DNA from: Candidatus Bathyarchaeota archaeon
GTDB lineage: Archaea; Thermoproteota; Bathyarchaeia; Bathyarchaeales; Bathycorpusculaceae
NCBI GenBank assembly: GCA_963833575.1
Contig: CAWHXY010000006.1
Location: 192,001 to 256,000 of the forward strand
DNA length: 64,000 nucleotides
Reading direction: 5' to 3'
Shown: in pieces, positions 19,105 through 28,192 of the stretch
How positions within the stretch are numbered: position 1 is the first letter of the stretch
How the letters are laid out: the number at the start of each line of letters is the position of its first letter
Notes under the pieces: model-generated
Seen by the model: the letters and a program-made list of their open reading frames with translations, nothing else
The model's database searches: none
Told to the model about the DNA's origin: nothing
Position numbers and translations under genes: made by a program

Positions 19105-20048
19105 TTCATCGAATCCTTTCCAATTTCATGTGCGACGAATCTTCTGTTAACTGCATCTCGTCTGTTCTCGTCAGCTTGAGTTTTTAATTCTTTTAACGCA
19201 TCGACTGGCGAAGTTATTCGTTCTAACGCTTTATTCCAAGTTCCTGAGTGTATGGGAGTATGTTGGACTTTTGTGCGTTTAACCATTAATGCTTCGTCTA
19301 CTGGGCAAACGTTTTTGCATGCGCCACAATAGGTGCAGAATAATTCGTTAACGTGAACTTTCTTGTCCTCACCAAGCGTTAATGCTCCTGGAATGGGGCA
19401 AACATCAAGGCAGTCTTTGCATCCGACGGGGCACTTCTCCTGATCAATGTTGATTTTTCCTTCAAAGGCTTTTGTAACTTTTAATGCGCCTGGACTACAT
19501 TTAAATTCACAAACTCTGCAAGTTGGGCAATAATCCTTTTGGATATCTAAGTTAACTTGAACGCGCTGTTTGGCGCTTGGAGATAAAGCTGCTATGTCTT
19601 CGACAGGGGAACCGTCAAAGCCAACTCTTGAAATTTTGATGAGCGATAACGGGCAGGCATTTTCGCATTCTACACACTCTTTCTGACATAAGTGAGTGTT
19701 CACTTTTATATCGCGGATCAGTTGCGGATAACTTTCCTTCTCCAAAATGGAGAGGTCATGTGTATTATTCAAGGTAACTTTTATCGCTCCATAAGGACAG
19801 GTAACATCACAGATTCCACAAAAAGTGCATTTAGCTAAGTCAACGTCCACTTTGGCTTTCTTAGCTTTCTGCCCTTCAATTTTAGGTTGCTTTTTGGTCG
19901 CAATGGCTTCTTTGGGGCATGCCAAACGGCATATTTGGCAACCAACACAACGGTTCTTATCAATAGTTAATTTGTAGTTTTTAACCTGCAAGACCCACTC
20001 TAAAGTCTGGGCATCTGCCGTATCCTTCTTTACGGTTTGTAACGGCAT
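19101..20048 (-). CDS. Polyferredoxin (FwdF-like)
   Basis: About six CxxCxxCxxxCP-type motifs; overlaps hdrA start. Confidence 0.85.
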   Translation of the reverse strand: MPLQTVKKDTADAQTLEWVLQVKNYKLTIDKNRCVGCQICRLACPKEAIATKKQPKIEGQKAKKAKVDVDLAKCTFCGICDVTCPYGAIKVTLNNTHDLSILEKESYPQLIRDIKVNTHLCQKECVECENACPLSLIKISRVGFDGSPVEDIAALSPSAKQRVQVNLDIQKDYCPTCRVCEFKCSPGALKVTKAFEGKINIDQEKCPVGCKDCLDVCPIPGALTLGEDKKVHVNELFCTYCGACKNVCPVDEALMVKRTKVQHTPIHSGTWNKALERITSPVDALKELKTQADENRRDAVNRRFVAHEIGKDSMK

Positions 20049-20261
20049 TTATTTTATCACCAAGAGGTCATTACATGCAGGATACAAATTATTCCAACGC
20101 CTAAAGGTTAGAAGATTTGAATACAGAGCTTTTGATATAAATATTACTTGAACAAATCTGCAATCCAATATGAAATAGACAACAAATAAAGAACACCGAG
20201 AATAATGCTTGGCTTTGCAACATTTAAATTCTACTTTAGCATAAGTTTTGAAGGGATTATT

Positions 20262-21443
20262 ATGTCAACCCAAATTTTTGCAAAAGATGTTTATTCAAAA
20301 GATTATAACGCTGTTGAAGCAAATGATACGTTGTCTCGATGTTTAGACGCATTCGAAAAAGGGAAGCCTCCAGTTTTAGCTGTTTTAGACGAAAAAGGCA
20401 AATACTTAGGCATGATATCAAGACGCACGATCTTAAGGTCAAGACTTGACCCAACCACTACCAAAGTCAAAACTTTGATGAAGACTGCTCCGCCGGTTAC
20501 CTTTGATTGTTCCGTAGGTAAAATGGCTAAGTTGATGATTGAAAGTGAAAGTAGGCAGCTTCCAGTTTTTGAAAAGAACAAGATAGTTGGGTTTGTCACT
20601 GATGAGGACATAATTCATGCGGCCGTGCTTGATGAATGGGGAAAAACTCCAATTGAGAAAATCATGACCAAAGCACCATACACTCTTGAATCAAACCGAT
20701 CAGTTGGAGCTGTTCTAAGCTTAATGAGAGAACGAGGTATCTCACATGTTCCAATAATGGACGAAGGCAAACTTGTTGGCATAATTACCATTCAAGATAT
20801 TTTGGAGAATATTTATTGGCCGCAAAGACGTCAGACAACCGGAGATATAGTTGGAGAGAAAATTGAGACATTAAGCGTTCCTGCTAAAGGCATCATGGCA
20901 AGACCAGCTATCACGGTTGAAGCAACAACGAACTTGCGAACTGCTGAGAAGCTTATGCATGATCGAGATGTTTCTTCTCTAGCTATAGTTACAAGCGAGC
21001 GTTTAGTAGGCATTATTACAAAGCTTGATTTTCTTGAGCCACTTTCGCAGTTAGAGGTTGCAGAAAAGAAGTTATCCGTACAGTTCGGAGTTAAAGACTT
21101 GGAAATTAGCCCAGACCAGCAAGGATTCATGATGGATGAATTCGATTCCTTCACACACAAATACCAAGAAGCATTCCAACTAGGAACACTCTTTGTCTAC
21201 ATGAAAAGCCAAGGAAATACAAGCTTAAGAGGAACGCCGCTAGTTCACTGCCGACTGCAGTTTCGAACAGCTAAAGGAACATTCTTTGCTGCCAGCGAAG
21301 GCTGGGGCGTCGAACCCACCTTCAGAGTAGCACTTGACAGACTGGAACGCAGACTGCTCAGAAGCAAAGAACTCCTAGCATACAACCCCAAATACGCAAA
21401 AGATTACATGCGAAAGATCGGGTTGCCCCAAGAAGAAAGCTAA
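20262..21443 (+). CDS. Tandem-CBS protein with C-terminal HPF/RaiA-like domain (putative ribosome hibernation factor)
   Basis: Four CBS repeats followed by ...FFAASEGWGVEPTFRVALDRLERRL, resembling the HPF/RaiA C-terminal helix. Confidence 0.75.
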   Translation: MSTQIFAKDVYSKDYNAVEANDTLSRCLDAFEKGKPPVLAVLDEKGKYLGMISRRTILRSRLDPTTTKVKTLMKTAPPVTFDCSVGKMAKLMIESESRQLPVFEKNKIVGFVTDEDIIHAAVLDEWGKTPIEKIMTKAPYTLESNRSVGAVLSLMRERGISHVPIMDEGKLVGIITIQDILENIYWPQRRQTTGDIVGEKIETLSVPAKGIMARPAITVEATTNLRTAEKLMHDRDVSSLAIVTSERLVGIITKLDFLEPLSQLEVAEKKLSVQFGVKDLEISPDQQGFMMDEFDSFTHKYQEAFQLGTLFVYMKSQGNTSLRGTPLVHCRLQFRTAKGTFFAASEGWGVEPTFRVALDRLERRLLRSKELLAYNPKYAKDYMRKIGLPQEES

Positions 21444-21734
21444 GCTTTCTTTTCTTGTGTTTTAGATCCCTTTGAAAAGCCTATTTACTGTAGCCAATAG
21501 ATTTTCTTCTAAAAAACATTCTACGCTACATTGCATGTATAGGAAATTCGCTTTGGTAAGCAAGATTTCCGCTCGACAGTTACTGACTTGGTCTACGGCT
21601 AAGTTATACCCCTATTAATTAACTCGGGAATCGGTGGTAACTTCTTCCGCTATTTTATGTCTACAGGGAACTAAAAGGTAAGAAAATTTGGAAACATTTT
21701 TTACTTACTTTTGATACTACTTTTTTGTGAGAAA

Positions 21735-21965
21735 TTGCCTGAATGTGTAACAGTCTCCACAAAAATTCCCAAGCAACTCAAAGAAAAAATGAGAAACCTC
21801 AAAATCAAACCATCCAGAATAGTACGAAAAGCTATCGAAGATGAAATAAAAAGAAAAGAAGCAGAACAACTTAGAGAAGAAATTGACAAATTAAAGCCCA
21901 TACTCGAGAAAGTAAGCATAGAAGACATAGTTAAAAGCATAAGAGAAGACAGAGAAAGCAGATGA
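21735..21965 (+). CDS. vapB: VapB-type (RHH) antitoxin
   Basis: TVSTKIPKQLKEKM...IRKAIEDEI-like RHH pattern, ending SIREDRESR; overlaps the PIN gene (ATGA). Confidence 0.8.
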   Translation: MPECVTVSTKIPKQLKEKMRNLKIKPSRIVRKAIEDEIKRKEAEQLREEIDKLKPILEKVSIEDIVKSIREDRESR

Positions 21966-22354
21966 AGTACCTATTTGACTCTTCAGCCATATTTAGAGCT
22001 ATCAAAGAAAACAAAATCGACCTTTTAGTTGGTAACTATACGTTAGAAATAGCAAGGTATGAGCTGGGAAATATTGTTTGGAAAAACTATTTCTTGCAAG
22101 CCAAAATCTCAAAAGACGAAGCAAAAATGATCTTAGAAGCAATAAAGCACACGCTAAAGATAATAGAAGTGATACCGATAGAGGGCAATGAAGAAGAAAT
22201 ACTGGAGGCGGCTATACAATTGAAAACTACATTTTACGACGCCTCATACGTTCAAATAGCCAGACTTAAAGAGCTGCAACTAATAACCGAGGACCTACAT
22301 CTAATCAAAAAAGCAATACCAGCCATTAAAGCATCAGTACTAAATGATATTTGA
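21962..22354 (+). CDS. vapC: VapC PIN-domain toxin
   Basis: YLFDSSAI, YELGN, TFYDASY, LITED. Confidence 0.88.
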   Translation: MKYLFDSSAIFRAIKENKIDLLVGNYTLEIARYELGNIVWKNYFLQAKISKDEAKMILEAIKHTLKIIEVIPIEGNEEEILEAAIQLKTTFYDASYVQIARLKELQLITEDLHLIKKAIPAIKASVLNDI

Positions 22355-22466
22355 AAATAAAATCGTAAATTTTCTCGCAATTTCTTTAGATAAAAAGCAA
22401 GCAATTTTCGCTATGCCAAGTTTGAGCTTATTGATTAACTCTGAAGTCGATGTTTGGGCTTGCGGT

Positions 22467-22745
22467 CTAAGCTGGTTCAACCATTATCTCTAACGGATAG
22501 CCGAATAGACAGGTGTCTTCGTCTTCTATTAGAGCTAGAATCAGCTTTGGAACTGTTAGGCGTCCGTCTTTATGCATTTTTCCATAGTAGAACTGCCATC
22601 CTTTGTGGAGCCCAAGAAAATTGACTCCTATCTTTAGTGCTTGGTTGCTTTCCAGTTTGAAACGCCATCGAACCAACTTGGGGATCTGTACATTATTTCT
22701 GTTTTGAAGAGTGGCGGTGAAAGTTACTTTTTCAGTTAAAGGCAT
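22467..22745 (-). CDS. AbrB/MazE-like double swapped-hairpin protein (92 aa)
   Basis: Real start at MPLTEKVTF; two repeats NNVQIPKLVR / DGRLTVPKLIL; the upstream RS repeat in the ORF track is microsatellite read-through. Confidence 0.65.
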   Translation of the reverse strand: MPLTEKVTFTATLQNRNNVQIPKLVRWRFKLESNQALKIGVNFLGLHKGWQFYYGKMHKDGRLTVPKLILALIEDEDTCLFGYPLEIMVEPA

Positions 22746-22782
22746 ACTCTTTTGCTTGTGCAACCTGTTACTTAAGAATTTA

Positions 22783-22872
22783 GAACGGGAACGGGAACGG
22801 GAACGGGAACGGGAACGGGAACGGGAACGGGAACGGGAACGGGAACGGGAACGGGAACGGGAACGGGAACGG
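22783..22872 (+). repeat. Perfect hexanucleotide microsatellite (GAACGG)15, followed by degenerate AACACG(T/C)AGAACAACGGG repeats to about 22935
   Basis: 15 exact units counted directly. Confidence 0.97.
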
Positions 22873-23073
22873 GAAAACACGTAGAACAACGGGCAGACAC
22901 GCAGAAACACTTGCAAACACGCAGAACAACGGGAAAACACTCAACCTGCAAACATTTCAAAGCCTAAAGCAAAAAAGCAACTTAACACAAAGAACAAAAA
23001 TGGACCAGCAGGTGGTGGTTTTTCGGGCAGGTGGTCTATTTCCTGTTGAAACAGCGACATGGGTGCGTCTTGT

Positions 23074-23892
23074 TTAGATAGGGATTCTTGAGCCGTCAAA
23101 GCCTAATTTGGAAATGCCCAGTTCGTCTTTGACTTCGCGTAGTTGTGCTGCATTGAAAACGGGGCCGTCTCTGCAGACGCGGTATTTGCCGATGACGCAG
23201 CTTCCGCATAAGCCTATGCCGCACCGCATTAGACGTTCAAGGCTTGCTTCTAGAGGCAGTTTACGTTGTTCGGTTAGTTCAAAGATCTTTTTCACCATGA
23301 CTTCGGGACCGCAGGTGTAGATCATGTCGAATTTTTCTTTTTCTAAAAGTTTGCTCAAAGGCTCTGTGACTAGGCATTGTAATCCGTAGGTGCCGTCGTC
23401 GGTTGTGGTTACCAAATTTTTCTCTGCACAGATACCGTTTAGCTCTCGAATGAATAGGAGTTCGTTTTTGGTTTTGGCGCCCTCAACAAATGATAGCCGC
23501 TCTGTTTTAGCCGAAAGCTGCTTTGCAAGGAAAAGAAGTGGCGCTGTTCCTGTGCCTCCGCTTATCAAGAGGACTCGGCCTCTGCTTTCAGTAAAACTGT
23601 TGCCGAAGGGTCCACGTACGCCAACTGTTGCGCCTGCCTTCATGCTGTGTAAATGTCGGGTTGCGTCGCCAACTTGTTTCACTGAGACGGAAACTAACCC
23701 GTTGCTGGTGTCCATTATGCTCAGGGGGATTTCATCTATGCCGGGTATCCAAAGCATTAAGAATTGTCCGGGTTTAGCTTTTGCGCATAGTCTGTCGGTT
23801 AGAATGAATGTTTTTACTGTGGGGCTCTCGGATCTGATTTGCACAATTTCTGTTGTTCTGAGCGTGTTAACAGTGGTGAGCGAGGTTGACAA
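23074..23892 (-). CDS. pyrK: Dihydroorotate dehydrogenase electron transfer subunit
   Basis: PGQFLMLW, VRGPFG, GGTGTAP, CGPEVM, CGIGLCGSC...VCRDGPVF. Confidence 0.93.
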   Translation of the reverse strand: MSTSLTTVNTLRTTEIVQIRSESPTVKTFILTDRLCAKAKPGQFLMLWIPGIDEIPLSIMDTSNGLVSVSVKQVGDATRHLHSMKAGATVGVRGPFGNSFTESRGRVLLISGGTGTAPLLFLAKQLSAKTERLSFVEGAKTKNELLFIRELNGICAEKNLVTTTDDGTYGLQCLVTEPLSKLLEKEKFDMIYTCGPEVMVKKIFELTEQRKLPLEASLERLMRCGIGLCGSCVIGKYRVCRDGPVFNAAQLREVKDELGISKLGFDGSRIPI

Positions 23893-24790
23893 TTTCTTTT
23901 ACACTCCTGAAATGTTTTTTTCTCAAATAACTTTCGACACCTCTAGTTATCGCTTGGAAAACATCAATATTCTCCAAAGCAAGGGCTGTGCCTACTTGCA
24001 CCGCTGAAGCCCCAGCCAACAAAAACTCAACAGCGTCCCGCCAATCGACGATTCCGCCACACCCTATTATGGGCACGTCTGGCAGTTCTTCGCGGATATC
24101 ATATACACAACGGAGGGCTACCGGCTTCATTGCTGGACCTGACAGACCGCCTTTGACGTTGCTTAAAACTGGCAACATTGTTTCAGAATCAATTGCCATC
24201 GCTTTAAGAGTATTGACAGCAGTTAGCACATCTGCCCCGGCTCTAGCAGCAGCCCTAGCAGTTACTGCGATATCAGCAACATTAGGCGACAACTTCACTA
24301 TTACAGGCTTGCCCACTACCGCTTTAACTTTTCCAACCACTTCAGCCAGCAATTTGGGGTCTTGACCTATTTCTGCACCAGTAAACTGAACATGCGGACA
24401 AGAAACGTTAAGCTCCACAGCGTCAGCACCGGCATCAACCGCTTTTTTCGCAACCAGAGCATATTCATCCGCTGAATAGCCAAACACACTTACAATAACT
24501 GGAACACGCAGAACAGTTTTACAAAATTTTATTTCTTGAGCATACAAATCAATACCCGGATTCGGCAACCCCATAGCGTTAATTAAACTAGCTTCAGCCT
24601 GAACCACGGTCGGGTTCGGGTAGCCAACTCTAGGTTGTAAGCAAATAGATTTTGTGACCACGGCTCCTGCGCCACCTTTGGCTACCCTATTTAGGGACTC
24701 AGCTGAATAACCCAAAACGCCTGAAGCAAGCATAGTTGGGTTTTCCAATTTCAAACCTGCCAAATTCGTACTTAACGAACTAATTTCCAA
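23867..24790 (-). CDS. pyrD: Dihydroorotate dehydrogenase B, catalytic subunit
   Basis: NAMGLPNPG, ELNVSCPH, VKLSPN, GGLSG, AVQVGT. Confidence 0.95.
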   Translation of the reverse strand: MEISSLSTNLAGLKLENPTMLASGVLGYSAESLNRVAKGGAGAVVTKSICLQPRVGYPNPTVVQAEASLINAMGLPNPGIDLYAQEIKFCKTVLRVPVIVSVFGYSADEYALVAKKAVDAGADAVELNVSCPHVQFTGAEIGQDPKLLAEVVGKVKAVVGKPVIVKLSPNVADIAVTARAAARAGADVLTAVNTLKAMAIDSETMLPVLSNVKGGLSGPAMKPVALRCVYDIREELPDVPIIGCGGIVDWRDAVEFLLAGASAVQVGTALALENIDVFQAITRGVESYLRKKHFRSVKEIVNLAHHC

Positions 24791-24974
24791 ATCTTGTTCT
24801 CACCGCTCAATCTTGTTAATTATTTTAACAAGTCAAGGTTCTTTAGACCAAATTTCTGACCTAAAACCATTTTAGTTTAGCTAATTCCAACTATAAATGT
24901 TTACTTATAACCTACTGGAAAGTCTTTTATATCCGCGCGATGTAAAAAATTACACAGCTTTGAAAAAAAGTCCA

Positions 24975-25095
24975 GATGGCTAAATGATGCATTGGAGTAA
25001 ATACCTAATGAAATCCAATAGCGCATGGTTAAGGTGAGCAACCTATAACATATTTCATAACGAAACAGTTTTTTCTTTTGACAAAAATAGCCATC
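24975..25095 (+). promoter_or_regulatory. Structured 5' leader of the pterin operon with internal U-tract
   Basis: GATGGCTA(24975-82)/TAGCCATC(25088-95) closes two internal hairpins; TTTTTTCTTTT at 25069-25079; TATA-like TTTTATAT near 24925. Confidence 0.4.
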
Positions 25096-25127
25096 CAGAT
25101 AACTTTGAACTAACGAGGTAACAAATA

Positions 25128-25892
25128 TTGAAAGACGTCCAAAATGAAAAGCCTGAAAACGAAATTGAATTAAACAAAGTTGGAGTAGAAGGGCTAAGAA
25201 AATACGTCATAGTTAAAAGTCCAACAAAAAACTATCATACAATCGTAACAATCAACAGCTACATAAAATTGCCCTCCAACCTCCGCGGAGTACACATGAG
25301 CAGGTTTGCGGAGTCAATAGAAGAAATCCCCGAAGAAACAACTTCAATCGAGGACTTAGCTGAAAAAATCTCTAAAACCTCCCTTGCAAAACACCGCTTC
25401 GACTGCTGCACCAAAGTGTTCTGCGAATTTCCATTTGAAAGAACCAGACCCAACGGCGAAAAAGAAAATGCAATAGCCCAAATGTCCGCAAGATACTCAA
25501 CTGCAACCAAAAGAAAAACTCTCTGCATTTCACTTAACGGGGCACTTGCTTGTCCATGTTCAAAAGAAATGTGTAATGGCTTAACGCATAATCAGCGGGG
25601 AAATTTGAGCATAGATATTGACGTTTCAAAAGGCGAAGTTGAACTCTCAGACATCATCAGTACTTGTAGCGAGAGTTTTAGTTCGCCAACATTTTCAATC
25701 TTGAAGAGACCTGAAGAAAAAAAACTTGTTGAGCAAATGCACGAAAACGCCAGATTCGTTGAAGATGTTGTTAGGAAATGTGTCCAGTCACTAAGAGAAA
25801 AATACCCCAATAGGTATTGCAGCGTGAAATGTTCCAGTTATGAATCTATCCACGACCATAATGCCTACTCAGAATGGCGAGGAACACTCTAA
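25128..25892 (+). CDS. mptA: GTP cyclohydrolase IV / FolE2 (MptA) family
   Basis: RGVHMSRF, ACPCS, THNQRG, LKRPEE, FVEDVVR, ESIHDHNAY. Confidence 0.9.
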   Translation: MKDVQNEKPENEIELNKVGVEGLRKYVIVKSPTKNYHTIVTINSYIKLPSNLRGVHMSRFAESIEEIPEETTSIEDLAEKISKTSLAKHRFDCCTKVFCEFPFERTRPNGEKENAIAQMSARYSTATKRKTLCISLNGALACPCSKEMCNGLTHNQRGNLSIDIDVSKGEVELSDIISTCSESFSSPTFSILKRPEEKKLVEQMHENARFVEDVVRKCVQSLREKYPNRYCSVKCSSYESIHDHNAYSEWRGTL

Positions 25893-25907
25893 ACGGATAT
25901 GCGTTAA

Positions 25908-26270
25908 ATGTACAGGCTAAAGGTAGAATCTGATTTCGATGCAGCCCACAAAATAGATGGGTACCAAGGCAAATGTGCTCGACTTCATGGTCACACCTAC
26001 AAAGTCGAAGCCTTCTTTCTAACAAAACAGCTAGATTCAATCGGCGTTTCAGTTGACCTTAGAACCCTAAAAGAAAAGTTGATCAAAATAACTGAACAGT
26101 TTGACCACAGGTATCTAAATGATTTTGCAGAATTAGGCAATCCGACTACTGAAAACCTTTCCCACCACATTTTTCTACGCTTAAAAGATAACTTACCAAA
26201 CGGAACGACTCTGGAGAGGGTAAGGGTTTGGGAAACTCCGAAAAGCTGGTGTGAATATTTTGAAACCTAA
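25908..26270 (+). CDS. queD: 6-carboxytetrahydropterin synthase / PTPS family
   Basis: FDAAH, KCARLHGHTY, FDHRYLND, NPTTENL, VWETP. Confidence 0.92.
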   Translation: MYRLKVESDFDAAHKIDGYQGKCARLHGHTYKVEAFFLTKQLDSIGVSVDLRTLKEKLIKITEQFDHRYLNDFAELGNPTTENLSHHIFLRLKDNLPNGTTLERVRVWETPKSWCEYFET

Positions 26271-26319
26271 AGCCATAAAACAAATGGCCAGTCAATAAAT
26301 GTGGGAGAGGAAACTTGTA

Positions 26320-26676
26320 ATGTCGGACAAGGTCTTTGTTAAGAATCTAGTTGTTCCATGCAAAGTCGGGGTTACTAAAGAGGAAAAGTCGAAAAAACAA
26401 AATATTATCGTTGATATTGAGGTTTTTTGCGATTTAAGCCATGCTGGAGCCACGGATGTTATAAGCAAAAGTATAAGTTACTCTGAAATACAAGAAAAAG
26501 TAATTAACGCCGCTGCAAACAGAGAATTCAACCTTTTAGAAAGCTTTGCCGAGAATCTGGCATCGTTGATCTTGCAGAGTTCTGTCGCTTCCAGAGTTGT
26601 GGTAACTGTTAAGAAAGAAAAATACGGGAAAGAGCCAATAATGGGAATTGAAATTGCAAGGGACCGACATGGTTGA
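26320..26676 (+). CDS. folB: Dihydroneopterin aldolase (bacterial type)
   Basis: MSDKVFVKNL...GVTKEE...Q..VDI...SISY...FNLLESFAE...VTVKK. Confidence 0.85.
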   Translation: MSDKVFVKNLVVPCKVGVTKEEKSKKQNIIVDIEVFCDLSHAGATDVISKSISYSEIQEKVINAAANREFNLLESFAENLASLILQSSVASRVVVTVKKEKYGKEPIMGIEIARDRHG

Positions 26677-27205
26677 AGCGTACATTGCTTTAGGCTCCAA
26701 CATAGGCGATCGAGAGGCAAATATAAAAAAAGCATTTGACGCATTAAAAGAACGAATTAAGATTGTTAAAGCATCTTTGCTTTATGAAACTAAACCTATG
26801 TATATAGAGGACCAAGGATGGTTTCTAAACTGCACCGCTAAAGTTGAGACAGATTTAACTCCTAAAGAGCTTTTGAAGTTTTTGAAGAGCATAGAACAAA
26901 AATTAGGCCGCAAAACCGTAAAACGAAACGGTCCCAGAATCATAGATTTAGACATTCTCTTCTACGGAGACCAAATTCTTAAAGAAAACGATTTACAGGT
27001 ACCTCACCCAAAAATTGAGGAAAGACCGTTCGTTCTCGTTCCTTTAGCCGAAATCGCACCTAACCTCATTCACCCAGTAAACAAAAAAACCATTGCTGAA
27101 ATGCTCTCTGAATTGGATTATGACAAATCAGAAATCAACCCAAAAACCAAAACAATGATTAACCAAAAAAAAAGTGGAATGACAAGACATGAAAGTTTAC
27201 GTTAA
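26669..27205 (+). CDS. folK: 6-hydroxymethyl-7,8-dihydropterin pyrophosphokinase (bacterial type)
   Basis: YIALGSNIGDR, FLN, GPRIIDLDIL, VPHP, RPFVLVPL. Confidence 0.95.
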   Translation: MVEAYIALGSNIGDREANIKKAFDALKERIKIVKASLLYETKPMYIEDQGWFLNCTAKVETDLTPKELLKFLKSIEQKLGRKTVKRNGPRIIDLDILFYGDQILKENDLQVPHPKIEERPFVLVPLAEIAPNLIHPVNKKTIAEMLSELDYDKSEINPKTKTMINQKKSGMTRHESLR

Positions 27206-28145
27206 GACCCCAGCTAGATTACATTTGGGACTTGTGGATTTGAACGGCGATTTAGGGCGAATTTTTGGAGGTTTAGGGGTAGGCATTGATCATCCAAATG
27301 TAATTTTGGAAGCAAAAGAAAGCCAAACGTTAACGGTTGGAGGCGAAAAAGCTGAGTTAACGCAGAAACTTACTATCGCATTTCTGCAGGCGTATGGAAT
27401 AAAAGAGAAAGTTGCAGTTGATGTTAAGCAGGTGATTCCGGAGCATGTTGGGCTTGGCTCAGGTACCCAGCTGGGTTTAGCTGTTGCCGTTTCACTTTCT
27501 CGGTTGTTTGATGTGAAGGGTTCAATTCACGAATTTGCAGTAGTTATGGGTAGAACGAGTCAGTCTGGAGTGGGCACGGCAGTGTTCGAACACGGCGGAT
27601 TGGTAGTGGATGCTGGAAAAAACACGCATGACCCATCCAAGAAGGAAATACCGCTAATTTGCCGTCAACCCTTCCCAGATGAGTGGCGCTTCGTTGTAGC
27701 AATTCCAAACGTAAAAAAGGGTTTGGCAAACGAAACAGAGGCTTCAGCGTTTAAGCAACTTCCACCCATGCCTACGTCAGAGGTTGGCAAAATCTGTCGA
27801 TTAACGATGATGAAGCTCCTGCCAGCTATCCCAGAAAAAGACCTAAAAAATTTCGGCGAAGCATTAACTGAGATCCAACGTATTGTGGGCGACAGCTTTG
27901 CAGAGGCTCAGGGAGGCAGATACTCAAGTTCCACAGCCACCCAGTGTATTGAGTTCATGCTTGAAAACGGCGTTTACGGTTCAGGGCAAAGTTCGTGGGG
28001 ACCAACGGTTTATGGTGTAGTTAAAAAAGAGGAAGCCAAAGAAATCCAATTGAAAACTCAAGCTTTTCTTAACCAGAGTGTTGGTGGAAATGTTTTTGTT
28101 GCCAAAGGTAATAGTCGGGGAGCAATTATCAAAGTTATCAATTAA
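27189..28145 (+). CDS. Beta-RFAP synthase (GHMP superfamily), copy 1
   Basis: TPARLHLGLVDL.G..GR.FGG, HVGLGSGTQ, GR...SGVG, GQSSWGPT. Confidence 0.88.
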   Translation: MKVYVKTPARLHLGLVDLNGDLGRIFGGLGVGIDHPNVILEAKESQTLTVGGEKAELTQKLTIAFLQAYGIKEKVAVDVKQVIPEHVGLGSGTQLGLAVAVSLSRLFDVKGSIHEFAVVMGRTSQSGVGTAVFEHGGLVVDAGKNTHDPSKKEIPLICRQPFPDEWRFVVAIPNVKKGLANETEASAFKQLPPMPTSEVGKICRLTMMKLLPAIPEKDLKNFGEALTEIQRIVGDSFAEAQGGRYSSSTATQCIEFMLENGVYGSGQSSWGPTVYGVVKKEEAKEIQLKTQAFLNQSVGGNVFVAKGNSRGAIIKVIN

Positions 28146-28192
28146 GAGTTGAACGAAAAACTTATAATTCTGCTTGGCTGCATCACCGTGCA

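Noticed and set aside
22746-22960. Arg-Ser repeat N-terminus (22467-22940) and Val-Pro repeat ORF (22772-22960)
   Set aside because: Both are translations of the hexamer microsatellite; the real gene starts at ATG 22745 behind a TATA-like box
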